DNA of 63,828 nucleotides, the filler included, from Octopus bimaculoides (taxonomy: Eukaryota): assembly GCF_001194135.2 (NCBI RefSeq). It is 5 parts of 4 records of this genome, joined end to end, with 100 filler letters (N's around TTAATTAATTAA, not from the genome) between each part and the next. Parts side by side here need not be neighbours in the genome. Positions count along the whole stretch, not along the records: positions 1 to 26,941 come from NC_068982.1; positions 27,042 to 45,078 come from NC_068987.1; 3 more parts are not named here. One strand, 5' to 3'. Shown piece by piece: positions 26,201 through 39,315 of this stretch; within the stretch, counting starts at the first letter, position 1; every line of letters begins with the position of its first letter. The notes under the pieces were generated by a model. The model was not told where the DNA came from and ran no database searches. It worked only from the letters and a program-made list of their open reading frames with translations. The position numbers and the translations under genes are program-made.

Positions 26201-26985
26201 GACAGCACCCATTATTATATATATATATATATATACAATATATTATTTACTAGTTATTATTTAATTGAATACCACACATTCATTTCCAAGTAAGTTTATC
26301 TTTACCTTTTTGATGCAACTCTTTTCTCTACACTGTATTCTTCCGCCATCCTTCTCTTCACTAATTCACTTTTTATCCCCCTCCCTTCTTCACCATTTTC
26401 TATATGTCTCTCTTTCCCCCTCTTTCTCTTTTACTCTCTCTCTCTCTCTCTCTCTCATTGCTCACATGTGACCATCATTCATCTCTCTTTTCCTCACGTG
26501 ACCATTTTCTTTTCCTGCACAAACGTTCAAAAGAGAGGCTATCTTTTTTCTCTCTTCTATCTTTTCTCTTTTCAAAAATATATTTCTCACAGCATTCACT
26601 ATTTTCCTCTCATTCTGGTCTAATGACCTTCCATGTCTGTTTTCATTTGGTTTCCTTGTATATCTCCACTGTAATGTTTCTGTTCCCAACTTTGACCCTC
26701 CATACATCCTAAATTTTATTTTAGAATTTATGGGAGCAACTGTCTTTGAAGATTCATATTGTTGTTGAATGCTTGAAATGAGGAGTAGATAGACAGCTGA
26801 CAACAGATAAAGGGACATTTCTCTGTGTTTACTTGTCCTGTTGTCCATTTTTTTCTTGTTGGTAACATATTTCCTGTTGTTTGAACCATTGGTGACGTCA
26901 TGTACCCATGTATGCATGTATATATATATATATATATATATNNNNNNNNNNNNNNNNNNNNNNNNNNNNNNNNNNNNNNNNNNNN

Positions 26986-26997
26986 TTAATTAATTAA
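26986..26997. other. Assembly scaffolding linker TTAATTAATTAA inside a 100-bp N gap (also 45123-45134, 56229-56240, 62063-62074)
   Basis: Identical 12-mer with stops in all six frames, each time centred in 44 N + 44 N. Confidence 0.95.
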
Positions 26998-27599
26998 NNN
27001 NNNNNNNNNNNNNNNNNNNNNNNNNNNNNNNNNNNNNNNNNGTTTATAAGTTGTACACCTATTTATATATTCTCTGTAAATACACATATGCACATCTACC
27101 ACCACATGTATACATAAAGAAAAAAAAAACATGGTTTCTTTGTTTCCAAGGAATAAATCTGTGAGAAACGAATGTGTGTTCCGAGGAAAACTCTTGAAGG
27201 AAATAAAAATATCGTATGCTGTCTGAAATATTGATTATTACACGCCAAAATTAACTTAACAGTACATGTGCATTTGTATGTTCGTGTGTCTATATGCATG
27301 TGTGTGTGTGTGGCGGGGGGGGGATGTTTGATTAAGTTTGTGTGTGTGTTTCTTGTTAGGTGAGAAGTTAAATCATGTAGGTAGATCAATGTACATTGGA
27401 ACATCGATGGAGTCACCTGCATGCCTTCGAGTGATGGTGTCATTCATCGGCCTTTCCCACTTTTTTTTATACTGTTTGCAACAAAATACACACTTATGAT
27501 ATATGTCTGTGAATGTTAGTGTGTGTGTGTGCGTGTGTGTACATGTATGCAAACATATATCTATACACAGACACTCATTTCAAAATGTAACTATATGTG

Positions 27600-27800
27600 G
27601 ATTGTTGGCGATTTTTTTCCTCCGTTTTCCTTTTCTCTTGGACTTTCCTTTGCCTCCCGTTTCTGAAGAAGAGCTTTGCTCGAAACGTAAAACACCATTT
27701 CTTTCCTTCCCTGGGCGTTTTTTAATACTTTGCATGGACCACGTCCTCGCGTTGTTGTTTTTTTTTTCTTGTATTTTTTCTTCGTTTCTGAGGAGATTAA
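27600..27800 (+). mobile_element. Probable solo PLE pseudo-LTR containing a hammerhead motif
   Basis: Pyrimidine-rich segment carrying the hammerhead at 27659-27693; no ORF nearby; boundaries approximate. Confidence 0.5.
27659..27693 (+). ncRNA. Minimal type-I hammerhead ribozyme motif, core intact
   Basis: GUUU-CUGAAGA-A-GAGC(UUU)GCUC-GAAA-CG-UA-AAAC; palindromic helix III (ACGU); predicted cleavage after A27689 (GUA). Confidence 0.8.
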
Positions 27801-27806
27801 TCACAT

Positions 27807-28175
27807 GTGTGGAGGCGCAATGGCCCAGTGGTTAGGGCAGTGGACTCGCGGTTTCGATTCCCAGACCGGGCGTTGTGAGTGTTTATTGAGCGAAAACACC
27901 TAAAGTTCCACGAGGCTCCGGCAGGGGATGGTGATGAATCCTGCTGTACTCTTTCACCATAACTTTCTCTCACTCTTTCTTCCTGTTTCTGTTGTGCTTG
28001 TAATTCAAAGGGTCAGCCTTGTCACACTGTGTCACGCTGAATATCCCCGAGAACTTCGTTCAGGGTACACGTGTCTGTGGAGTGCTCAGCCACTTGCACG
28101 TTAATTTCACGAGCAGGCTGTTCCGTTGACCGGATCAACTGGAACTTTCGACGTCGTAAGCGACGGAGTGCCGCA
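27807..28175 (+). mobile_element. tRNA-derived SINE (second family), CpG-rich copy
   Basis: A box TGGCCCAGTGG and B box GTTTCGATTCC, followed by a body also seen decayed at 45440-45730. Confidence 0.8.
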
Positions 28176-29169
28176 AAAATCATATATATATTGGGTCATC
28201 ACGTATAGTATCATTACGGAATTTAATTTTGTCACCAAGCGTCAAACACCAGAAGCAATGGTACCGATATATAAGCTTTCGTCATCACCTGTCAACAAGC
28301 TATGCTGATGCTATATTCATGTGTGTTGGCATCTAAGAGTAACAACGAAAGGCTTACCAACTGTAATTGTTGATGACTCAGGGGACACTATATATTCCCC
28401 CAGCCTGCTAAATGTAACAGTCGAACTTCCCACAAACTCCACCCTACATTGTTAAATAACGAAAGCTCATTGAATAATGTGGTCCCTGAGACGTTGTATT
28501 TGAAAAACTGGGCTGCTTGCCCTATTTTAACAGTTTTTAAAAAAAAATATAATAATGGTGATGATGAAATCAGAGCCGATAATCAACATGAACACAACGT
28601 CGATAAACGATGATGTTAATGATGACGATGACAATGACGACGACGATGATGTTTGTTAATGTTTACTATTGCTATACATCCTAACAAATACCAACCAGCA
28701 AATGAGAAGATCCGGACAGGAAACAAAGTCAAAGATATTCCTATCAGTCTCTTATTCTCTCAAAAGTAATGTCTTTTTCTTACTTTTCTCCGTGTTATTT
28801 CTTTTAACAAAGGACGAAGCCTAACCTAGATGTCTAAGTAAAAAAGAAAATCGAACGACGAGAGAGATATATACAGAGAGAGAGAGAGAGATATATACAG
28901 AGAGAGAGAGAGATATATATATACAGAGAGAGAGAGAGAAAAAGGGGGAGATGTGAGAGTTAGGGAGGTAGGGAGAGATATAAAAATAGAGAGAGAGAAA
29001 GAGAAAGAGTGGGTGTGAGGGAGGGAGAAAAATACGATTCTGAAATTTATTTCTTCCAGGTTGCCATCTTGCCAAAGTTTTAACAGAAAATAACATAAGA
29101 ATGAAATTTTTCAAATCATTAAGCTAATCTTTTGCAACCAAATTTGGTTTTTAATATTTAAGACTCTGA

Positions 29170-29390
29170 AAGGCGGTGAGCTGGCAGAATCGTTAGCACG
29201 CCGGGCGGAATGCTTACCAGCATTTCATCCGTCTTTACGTACTGAAATTAAATTCCAGCGAGGGTGACTTTGCCTTTCATATTTTTGGGGGGTCGATAAA
29301 ATAAGTACCAGTTGAGCACTGGGGTCGATGTGATCGACTTACCCCGTCCCCCAACTTGCTGGCCTTGTGCCAATATCAGAAATCAATATT
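29170..29390 (+). mobile_element. tRNA-derived SINE
   Basis: GGCGGTGAGCTGGCAGAATCGTTAGCACGCCGGGC head; family repeated at 31080-31410, 41706-41920, 45945-46125, 51700-51800 and 57650-57840. Confidence 0.8.
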
Positions 29391-30153
29391 TACGTCTATT
29401 TTGGGGTTTTTATATTACAAATTTAAATCTTTTTGAGAAAAAAGTTTGCTTTTCATCATTCAGGAGTAAGAAAATATAATAGTCAGATACTTGGTTAATA
29501 GAATTGATTGTTCCTTTCCCTGAAGTTTCCGGCCTTGTGCTTTCGTAAGAAATCAATATTTACTTTCATGAGATATTATCTTCTTTACGACTAGAGCAAC
29601 AAACAAAATGCTTTACGACCTTTATTTCAGAGATCAAATCCCACCAAAGTTTACTTGACTTTTCATTTTTCTTAGATTTGGCAAATTAAGATTTCTTTTG
29701 AGTACTGGAGTTGATATTAACTTTTCTCTATATTTGACACGTTGTACCTATATAAGAATTCAATATATCCGTACAAATAAGAGATCAGGAGATAAGGTTA
29801 ATGCATTTTAATTACTTCCATCTCTTAGCTCAAATCAAGTTAACACTGGCCGTCTTGACTCGCCACATTATGTATGTTAGAGGTGTCCTTACTATTTGTT
29901 ATGCAGAGCGTGTCACTGGGTACTTTCCTTAGTTCTTATATAAAGGAGAGTCAAGACTGTAGGTAAATAGATATAGAAGAAGCGCTAAGGTGTATAAGCA
30001 CATACTATACAAACAGGCAGACAGACACAGACAGATAAACGATTATATGATTGGGATAGGATGAATAAATGGATTAATGAATGAATGGACGGATGGACGG
30101 ACAGTCAGATGGGTGGACCGTTGTGTGAATGGAAAACTAGATAGGAAGCTTGT

Positions 30154-30155
<2 letters not shown>

Positions 30156-30238
<83 letters not shown>

Positions 30239-30268
30239 GGATGGATGGATGGATGGATGGATGGATAG
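30156..30268. repeat. (ATAG)n/(GATG)n compound microsatellite
   Basis: Direct inspection. Confidence 0.95.
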
Positions 30269-30886
30269 ACAGGCAAGCAGGCAAGCAAACAGACGTACCG
30301 ATAGATCGATAGATCGGATGGAAGGAAAACTGAAAGAGGTGAAGATTCAGTGTTTGAAGAGGTAGATATAAAGACTAGGTCCGCAAGTTATTGTAGTTTA
30401 GCACAACGTCAGCATTCACTCAGCTTATCTTTGATCAAAGGCCGTTACAGCATAAACCATATTGTCTTTTTTTCTTTACGTGTGCAAAATATATCTAGGA
30501 TATCAAACATGTCCAGCAGTTTCTAAGAAGTAAGTTCAATTTAACGGAAATTTGGCAGCTACTACCATCTCGAACGACCACGTAGAAAACCATCCTTTCT
30601 TGTGGATGTAAGGAGATATTTGTAGTAGATAATCTAGGAATTGGTAGTAGGATAACCAAATACGTATAGAGATAGACACGTTGATATAAGTCAGATAGGG
30701 AGCTCGAGCCAACAACGTGACCGCTACATTGTCATTTTATTTGCTAAATTTAACGACTAAATTTCCACCACGTCTCGCATAAAGGAGGATACACTAGAAT
30801 AGATAGCCTTAGGTATGCGATTGCCTCCCACCTCCGACAACAATAACAAATAATGCTTAATACATGCACAATACATGCGCTTGCAC

Positions 30887-31030
<144 letters not shown>

Positions 31031-32015
31031 CAAACACATATGCACAGAAACACATCATATACAATCGCATACTTATATTCAAATTTCGCCGAGGTTGACT
31101 TTGCATTTCATCCTTTCTGTGTCGATAAAATAAGTACCGACTGAGCACTGAGGTCGATCGAATTACTCCCTTCCCTGAAATTGATGGTCTTGTGTTAAAA
31201 TTTGAAACCAATATATAACAACAATAGGGCGGCGAGCTATCAGAATCGTTACCATACCGGGAAAAATGCTTAGCGGTATTTCATCTGTATATCTGAGTTC
31301 AAATTCAGCAGCGGTCGACTTTGCCTTTTATTCTTTCGGGAGATGATAAATGAAATTGACTCATTCACATCTTCGAAATTGTTGGCCTTGTGCCAAAATT
31401 TGAAACCAATATACAACCACATATATGAAAGTTTTGATCTTATTCTTATCAGTAAGATTAAAATGTCCAATTGCAAAATTTCAAGGTGGACAAAGTTAAT
31501 CGACGACATCATGGTACGTTCATTTTTATTTGAGCACTTTGAGATGTACTGCGAGATTTAAAGTGTGTCGTGTGATATTCGTATGTTGTATTGTTGTGTT
31601 TCACCTACTATGGTATATGTGTTGAGAGTGAAAACTGGTGAAGATGGAGAAGGAGGATAAGGAGGATGAGTAGGAGAAGGAGGATAAGTAGGAGAAGGAG
31701 GATAAGTAGGAGAAGGAGGATAAGTAAGAGAAGGAGGAGGAGAAGAAGGAGTAGGAGGAGAAGAAGAAGGAGAAGAAGGAGGAGGAGGAGGTAAAGGGAA
31801 AGTGTTGTTTATGAGAGTCAAAGTTCAAAAGTTATTAGTTACCTCACGAGAACTCTTATAATGGTTATAAATTTGTTCAGTTTATCAAAGTAATCAGATA
31901 AAGGGCACGTTTTACCGTTATTACCACTCCATACATTCTCTGTAATGGCATCGAGTATGCCTGTTAGAATATGTGTGTGTGACTGTATGCGTGTGAATGT
32001 GTGTGTGTGTGTCTC

Positions 32016-32066
<51 letters not shown>

Positions 32067-35000
32067 GTGTTTATGAGTTTGTTTATGCGTACGTGATGCT
32101 TGCAAAAACGTGCAGCATAGCTCAGCCAGTTCTTTGTCCAAATCTCAGTTGATATTAAATATGATTTATGATGAATATCTAAACGGCTTTCCCTTCGCCA
32201 TATCTACCACCTAACCAGCAACCAACTAGACATCTATTTACATCCAGACCAACATTGCATTGCTATGTACTGATAGCTATGTACTAATAAGAACAATTTA
32301 GTAGCAGCGGCTGGCAGAAAAAGAAAATAAAAAACTATATATCTAATTCGCTTACCTTACCAGTTTTACAGTCGACTAAGTATTATTCTGATGTTATTAG
32401 CCCCGAGAGAAGATGCATTGATACAACGTATGATGCAAAGTCCCGCATAAGAGGAATGGGAAATAGACGTGGTTTCTGTCCAACAGAGTAAAGGTGTTTG
32501 TGAAACGTAAATATAATCACTATAAAGATTTGATGTCATGAAGATAATGGGAAACCTAGCTGGATAGATATTGTTATCAAGAAGAATAGCGGCTGCGTGG
32601 TTGCCATTTTAACTTTAGTGGCTACAAAAATGTAATCCACAATGGAATGACTTAAGCTCAATCCTAACTGGCAACTCAAGGTGAATTACATTTATTTGTC
32701 TGATAGCAAAACGAAATCTTGCCTGATGCTATAAAAGTACCACACAGGATTAATTCGATTCTAGAATATTAGAAAAATATCCAATTTAGGCATGCACTAT
32801 GTAGTTAAGAATTTCGTATCGCTACTACGTGGTTCTTGGTTCACTTTCACTACGCGGCATCTTGGACAAATGTCTTCTCCATTGCCTCGAGTTGGCCAAT
32901 AATTTGTGAGTGAAATTTTGTGTTTATCTATGTGTTGGCTAGTGTCGAAACCGGTGGAATTCTTCTTTTTTTTCAAGCTAAAATATAACTTAGGAATTCC
33001 ATACAATAGACATTGATCAATTAATATGAATCAAAATAAGTTCTTCAATCGATATGATAAACGAAAAACCTTTGGGGCAGTGCCTAAAACAATGAAAGAG
33101 TAAACATGAATGGTAGGTTGTAGCAAACTAAATTGTGAAACTGTCAGACAAACTAATGGAAGGAGTCCAAGTTCATATCACCTCGTAGAAGCTAATCAAT
33201 GTACATAATCTCTATAGTCGAAGATTCATTCCAGTTTGCAAGAGGAGTGCTGCTTTTATGAGAAGTTTTCTTTGAGCATGTAATGTTTGGAATTTCTAGA
33301 TGCAAAGTGAAAAAAAAAACACAAGAAAAGGAGAAAGGAGATCTAAACATGCTATGTACATCAAGTTATTGGTTAGTTTGTAGCTCAAACTTGATCAACC
33401 AGATTTAGGATGAAAAATGTGAGCATCTTTTCGTATACCAAGAACCAGATTTATTTTTTAAGATAGTATTCTTTTAATTTAAGGAAAATCTGTTTGCTGT
33501 TTCTAACAACTCCGGCAACTATGTTGAGGTACCGTCGTTGGTTCCAGCAATATTATGTTGTCAGTTATGACATCTTTTTGAACGCCGTAGGTGGCAATCG
33601 TAATCGGTCACCCACCTGTAACATCACTCCCTGCTCCCAAAAGACTTTAGCACTCAAGAGATTGATCTACAATTGGTAGACTTATCTTGTTACTCCATTT
33701 CACGTCATTGCATGAACCTTGGATGTTTTTAGCTGAGTCCACTGGAGTAGAACATTTGATCCCTCATCTAGTTTTATACCACCACTTAACCTTTCAGTAA
33801 CTTTAACTGCCTAATGTGATTTTGAAAATTCGAGTCAAGTGTCTGATCCAAGAATAACTTCCTCTCACCATCTCGGCGGCCCTGAAAAGTTATTTTAAGG
33901 GCACTAATTTTCTCCGCTTGATGATACCATATATATATAAACAGAAAATACGAGCAAATAGATTTTAGTTTCACTTCACTGCAAAAAAAGAGACACCACA
34001 ACTTTCTATTTCAGCAGCTCTGTATTCTGTCATATAATATTTAGTTTCATAATTCTAAAGGATCTTTGAGATTAAGAGGTAGCTTCGTTTGTTCAAGACT
34101 AGAGTATCTGACAGATAACCTTATCCAGATAACATTCAGACATTACATCGAACATGGCCTGTAATGTTAGGATGAGAAACTATAATCCTTGGACATTATG
34201 ATAGAGTCGGTTACAATGATATACAATATTATTCTCTTACTTTATTATTTGTTTGGGTTATTTATTTCTACAGATTGTGCATAGAAATTATAGCCAGCAC
34301 TTACTTTTGCTACTGCGTTTCGTATACGAGATGTCAGATGTAAACAAACTGAGATTGATGATGAAAAATGGGTAATGAGTGCATATGTCATATTTCGGTG
34401 AGTTTTGCCCCTTCATCAGCACCCATCTAATCCTTTAATCGTCTTCGAACACATTGCTTAAATAGCTACTACACATAGCAGTGTAAATTATTGGATATAC
34501 CAATTTACATATTAAACGCATTCCTGGAAGTATTCTTATTCTAATATTTTAATACTCTCTCACAGGTTTCGGCCAGAGATTTGGGCCATACTAGGACGCC
34601 GCCATTAGCACAAATGCTTGTATATTTTAGTCTCCTGTTACGGTTCTGTCTCCAGGATCTATCCCGAGGAAGCAATGAGTTAGACAGAGCTGCCTTCTTG
34701 TTGCGTTTCTTGCTCTGATGTGGGTTCATCTGGTATATCACATAAAATATTGTCTAATTGTCTTTTTTCTTATTACTTCCACATCCACACCTCGTAGATA
34801 CCTGAGGCCCTTTGGCAACATAATGAAAAATTTTCTTTTTTTACTTTCATTTCCATTTCGACTCTCACTCCTTCTCTCCTTATTCCTCCTCTTTTCCTTC
34901 TCTTTCTCTCTCTCACTCTCTTTATCACTCTTGACAACCGCATTGTAAAATTGACTAGTCATCAATAGCTTGTTATGCTAAGGCCATGTCATCATGTGTA

Positions 35001-35249
35001 CCTGCAGGACACAATCAGTAAGTACTCATGTTTGATACCAATTGGTTTTTATTTTTATTTTTGTTTTTGTTTGTTTTTTCCTTTATCCTTCCTTTCATTA
35101 TCTTTCTCTAATTTTCTTTCCTATTCTTTCATCCTCTCCTTTCTCCTCCTCCTTCTCCCCTACATCCTACTTCCTTCTTTTCATATGTAATAAATAAATT
35201 TATTTCTTCATCCACATGATTGTCAACTTATCTCACTTCCACTTATTTT

Positions 35250-35293
<44 letters not shown>

Positions 35294-35428
35294 TCTTTCA
35301 CTCTCTTCCTATCACCTATCTCCTCTCCCTCTCCCGCCTCCTTTCTCTCTCTTCTGGTACATATGAATTAATTGCCTCTACTTACTACCATGTAAATATA
35401 TGTATATGTGTGTGTGAATGTGTGTTAT

Positions 35429-35486
<58 letters not shown>

Positions 35487-35543
35487 CACGCACACATGCA
35501 TATNNNNNNNNNNNNNNNNNNNNNNNNNNNNNNNNNNNNNNNN

Positions 35544-35581
<38 letters not shown>

Positions 35582-35799
35582 TATGTGTGCATGCATGCAT
35601 GGATGTATGTATGCACACACAGACATATACGCACATACAAACATACACACATAAACATACTCAACAATAACCAATGAAACGATGCGATGTTTTGTCTTCT
35701 GCTTTAATGAACTCTTATTTGTTTATTTCGTTGTTTATCTTCCGCATTGTAGTAACCATGATAGAAGCTTCACTGAAGTTGTCCATCTTATTAATTAAT

Positions 35800-35800
<1 letters not shown>

Positions 35801-35860
<60 letters not shown>

Positions 35861-35880
35861 CGTCGTCGTCGTCGTTGTCG
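35801..35880. repeat. (GTT)n/(GTC)n trinucleotide microsatellite
   Basis: Direct inspection. Confidence 0.95.
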
Positions 35881-36434
35881 TCAGTGGTGGTAGGGCGAGG
35901 ATGGGATGTTTATGTTTTAGTTGTTGTTAGGAACTGTTATTGCTAGTATTGTTGCTGTAGATGGTATTAGTTTTGGGGCTATTTTTCTGCTATTTTTATT
36001 GTTGTTGCTGCAGCTGCTGCTGTTGATGGTGGTGGTAGCGGTGGTAGTTGCATTGTTGTTGTTGTTGTTGATGATGATGGTGTTGTTGCTGTTTCTGTGT
36101 GTATTGCTGTTTCTATGTATCATTATTGTTGTTGATATTGGCGTCAGATTGGTCGCTGCTGGTGTTGCTACTGTTTTTGCTTAGAGTTCTGTCTGCTCTT
36201 TGCCTTGCAGTGGTTTGCAGTTTGCGGTGTAGTTTTTAGGTCCAGGTCAACCCTGACCAAGCAGACAGACGCATAATCAAATACATTCAAGCTGTGACCA
36301 TCCTGCCATTTTCCTAAGAACAGGGAACACAAGACCATATTTTTCAGTGCTTTCCTGAAATTTGGCTGTTAATTTTAGCAGATCATGCGTCCATATATGC
36401 TCCCTCATTGCCTCAGTTGTTGCTGATGCTGTTG

Positions 36435-36950
36435 CTCTTCTTCTTCTTCTTCTTCTTCTTCTTCTTCTTCTTCTTCTTCTTCTTCTTCTTCTTCTTCTTC
36501 TTCTTCTTCTTCTTCGTCGTCGTCGTCTCTNNNNNNNNNNNNNNNNNNNNNNNNNNNNNNNNNNNNNNNNNNNNNNNNNNNNNNNNNNNNNNNNNNNNNN
36601 NNNNNNNNNNNNNNNNNNNNNNNNNNNNNNNNNNNNNNNNNNNNNNNNNNNNNNNNNNNNNNNNNNNNNNNNNNNNNNNNNNNNNNNNNNNNNNNNNNNN
36701 NNNNNNNNNNNNNNNNNNNNNNNNNNNNNNNNNNNNNNNNNNNNNNNNNNNNNNNNNNNNNNNNNNNNNNNNNNNNNNNNNNNNNNNNNNNNNNNNNNNN
36801 NNNNNNNNNNNNNNNNNNNNNNNNNNNNNNNNNNNNNNNNNNNNNNNNNNCTTCTTCTTCTTCTTCTTCTTCTTCTTCTTCTTCTTCTTCTTCTTCTTCT
36901 TCTTCTTCTTCTTCTTCTTCTTCTTCGTCGTCGTCGTCTCTTCTTCTTCT
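36435..36950. repeat. (CTT)n tract on both sides of an N gap
   Basis: Direct inspection; source of the poly-R/E/L/F ORFs. Confidence 0.9.
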
Positions 36951-37460
36951 TCTTGGCAATGTAGGTGCTGGTGGCATTGGGGCTAATGGTGTTGTTAATG
37001 TTGTTAATATCAATGATGCTGGCGGTGATGGTGGCTTTTGGTGTTGTAAGTTTTGTTGCTGTTATTGCTACGATTGCAGTCGATGTTCTTGTTCTTGCTA
37101 CTGCTATTATTGTCGTTGTTAATGCTACTGCTAGTGTTTCGTTCATGCTATGCATAGATGTAAGATGCAATATTGCTGTAAGGGACAGTTCACGGAACTG
37201 TTGCAATGCATCTGCAATATAAAGTTTGTGCAGAATGTTGTCATGTACGACTTAATGTATTTTGATGTTATTGTTGCTGAGCATTGCTGTTTTATACATT
37301 CGTTTATTTATTTATTTTGGTTGTTGTTCGAAACTATAGTGCTTTTATTTTATCATATGTAGACACACAAGTTTCGATTTTGCTTTTACTACAACCACTA
37401 CCATTCTTAATATTAGTACAATTACAATAGCAACTCCTCCTAGCTTCCTCCCACAATGAT

Positions 37461-37506
<46 letters not shown>

Positions 37507-37717
37507 TAAGAATAATGGCTTCAAATTTTGCCACAAAGATAACCATTTTGGGAGAGGGGTTGTGTCGATTACATCGACCCCAGTGTTCAACTTGTACTTA
37601 ACTTATCGACCCCGAAATGATGAAAGGCAAAGTTAATCTCGACGGTATTTGAACGCACAACGTAAAATTCCAGAAGAAATTCCACTAAGCATTTCGTCCA
37701 ATATGCAAACAATTCTT

Positions 37718-37950
37718 ATTTCTTTATTGCCCACAAGGGGCTGAACATAGAGGGGACAAACAAGGACAGGCAAAGGGATTAAGTCGATTACATCGACCCC
37801 AGTGCGCAACTGGTACTTAGTGTATCGATCCCGAAAGGATGAAAGGCAAAGTCGACCTCGGCGGAATTTGAACTCAGAACGTAACGGCAGACGAAATACC
37901 GCTAAGCATTTCGCTTGATATGCTAATGATTCTGCCAGCTCGCCGCCTTA
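37718..37950 (-). mobile_element. Near-intact tRNA-derived SINE next to an older copy (37520-37720)
   Basis: Full head-body-tail with CpGs retained (GGCGGCGAGCTGGCAG...GAGTTCAAATTCCGCCGAGGTCGAC...GTGGGCAATAAAGAAATAAG). Confidence 0.85.
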
Positions 37951-38492
37951 TAATATGCTAACGATTCTACCAGCTCGCCACCTTAATGATTTCAGATTTT
38001 TGTGCAAGACCAGCATTTTTGAGTAGAGTGGGTTGGTCGATACAATCAGCCCTCGTAAGATTTGAACCCAAAACGCTAAGAGCCAGAACAAATGTCGGCT
38101 ATAAGCACATGTACGAGCACTTTTAATCAGACACACACGTAGGCACACACATATGAACACACACTCATATTTATGCACTTGTGCATAGCTCCTTGTAAAA
38201 ACTGTCGTTTTCCATTGACTCGGTTGATCTGTCAATGTAATATATGTACGTCTATTTCTTGTACAATAAGTTTCTTGCATATAAATACTATTAACATCTT
38301 CAAATCTTTATTTAATTTTACTTTTTTTCTTAGCATTTTACTATAAGGTGTGTCAAGGCATTCTGCTAATTGATTAAACCCGTCTTAGAAAAGGAAACTC
38401 TTTGCAGCACCATCTTCTATGGAGTGTTTAATAAATTGCGATACATGGAATGTACACACACACGCACTCACATACACATACACGGGTATATA

Positions 38493-38537
<45 letters not shown>

Positions 38538-39149
38538 AATAATAAATGAGTATATGCATATATACGTACAGGTATGTGCATACCTACGTCTACCTGTATA
38601 TATAGGTGCATATCTGGGTACAGGACATGCAAACAAAACGTGGACAAGAAAATAATAATAACCAGAGTACAGAAAACACTCAAGCCACATGGAGAACATT
38701 TTCCTTCATCAGCTACCCCCATTTTAACACCGGCGTTTCGAAGAGTTGGGCAGGACATCCACATATACATATATAAATACAAGAATAAATTTATATCCGT
38801 GTTCATATGTACAATTTTAATGGTGAGACGACTGTTGTCTATTCTTCGCATTGTTTTAATCATGCTGTCTTTTTACAATACTACTTTTACGAATTTCTGT
38901 AATACTATTTCATTGAAAACTGACAAGTCCTGAACTTATTCCATAGCTCTTACGCTAGCACCCACCTGTAACGCTTACAACAGCCAACTGCAATGTACAA
39001 CGTCACACTTCACTGAACAAATTAAAGTAATATTATTGGACAACAGGTATGTACTCTACAGAATTTACCATAGTGAACTGGTGATTAATGATTAATGATG
39101 GAAACAAAAGTTATAATGCAATTCTAATGTTGAAATACACAAATATAGG

Positions 39150-39315
39150 TACAGGAGTGGTTGTGTGGCAAGTAGCTTGTTTACCAATCACATGGTTCTG
39201 GGTTCAGTCCCACTGCGTAGCACCTTGGGCAAGTGTCTTCTACTATAGCCACGGCCCGACCAAAGCCTTGTGAGTGGATTTGGTAGACGGAAACTGAAAG
39301 AAGCTTGTCGTATAT
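39150..39315 (+). mobile_element. SINE head (third family; tails at 45185-45390, 50770-50975, 63715-63828)
   Basis: TGGTTGTGTGG A-box-like and GGTTCAGTCC B-box-like motifs; other copies at 3920-4030, 6745-6860, 62130-62310 and 63355-63500. Confidence 0.75.

Noticed and set aside
26986-26997. Recurrent TTAATTAATTAA as a biological motif
   Set aside because: Always centred in exactly 100-bp N gaps; a scaffolding linker
27120-27222. YDIFISFKS resembling a TIR-domain start
   Set aside because: All three frames are open, there is no convincing donor, and nothing TIR-like follows
34378-34425. Hammerhead-like CUGAUGA...GAAA on the minus strand
   Set aside because: Stem II is mismatched and position 17 would be G, so there is no valid UH cleavage triplet; at best a dead relic
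36277-37206. 309-aa ORF and the other long ORFs spanning N runs (4.6-5.2, 11.5-12, 40.1-41.2, 42.2-44.4, 46.8-47.9, 50.2-50.7, 52.9-53.5 kb)
   Set aside because: Their length comes from X residues and microsatellite translation (poly-R/L/E, YI, CV, HT); no coding evidence
38690-38760. GAAACG...CUGAUGA arrangement suggesting a type-II hammerhead (minus strand)
   Set aside because: No stem I hairpin can be formed
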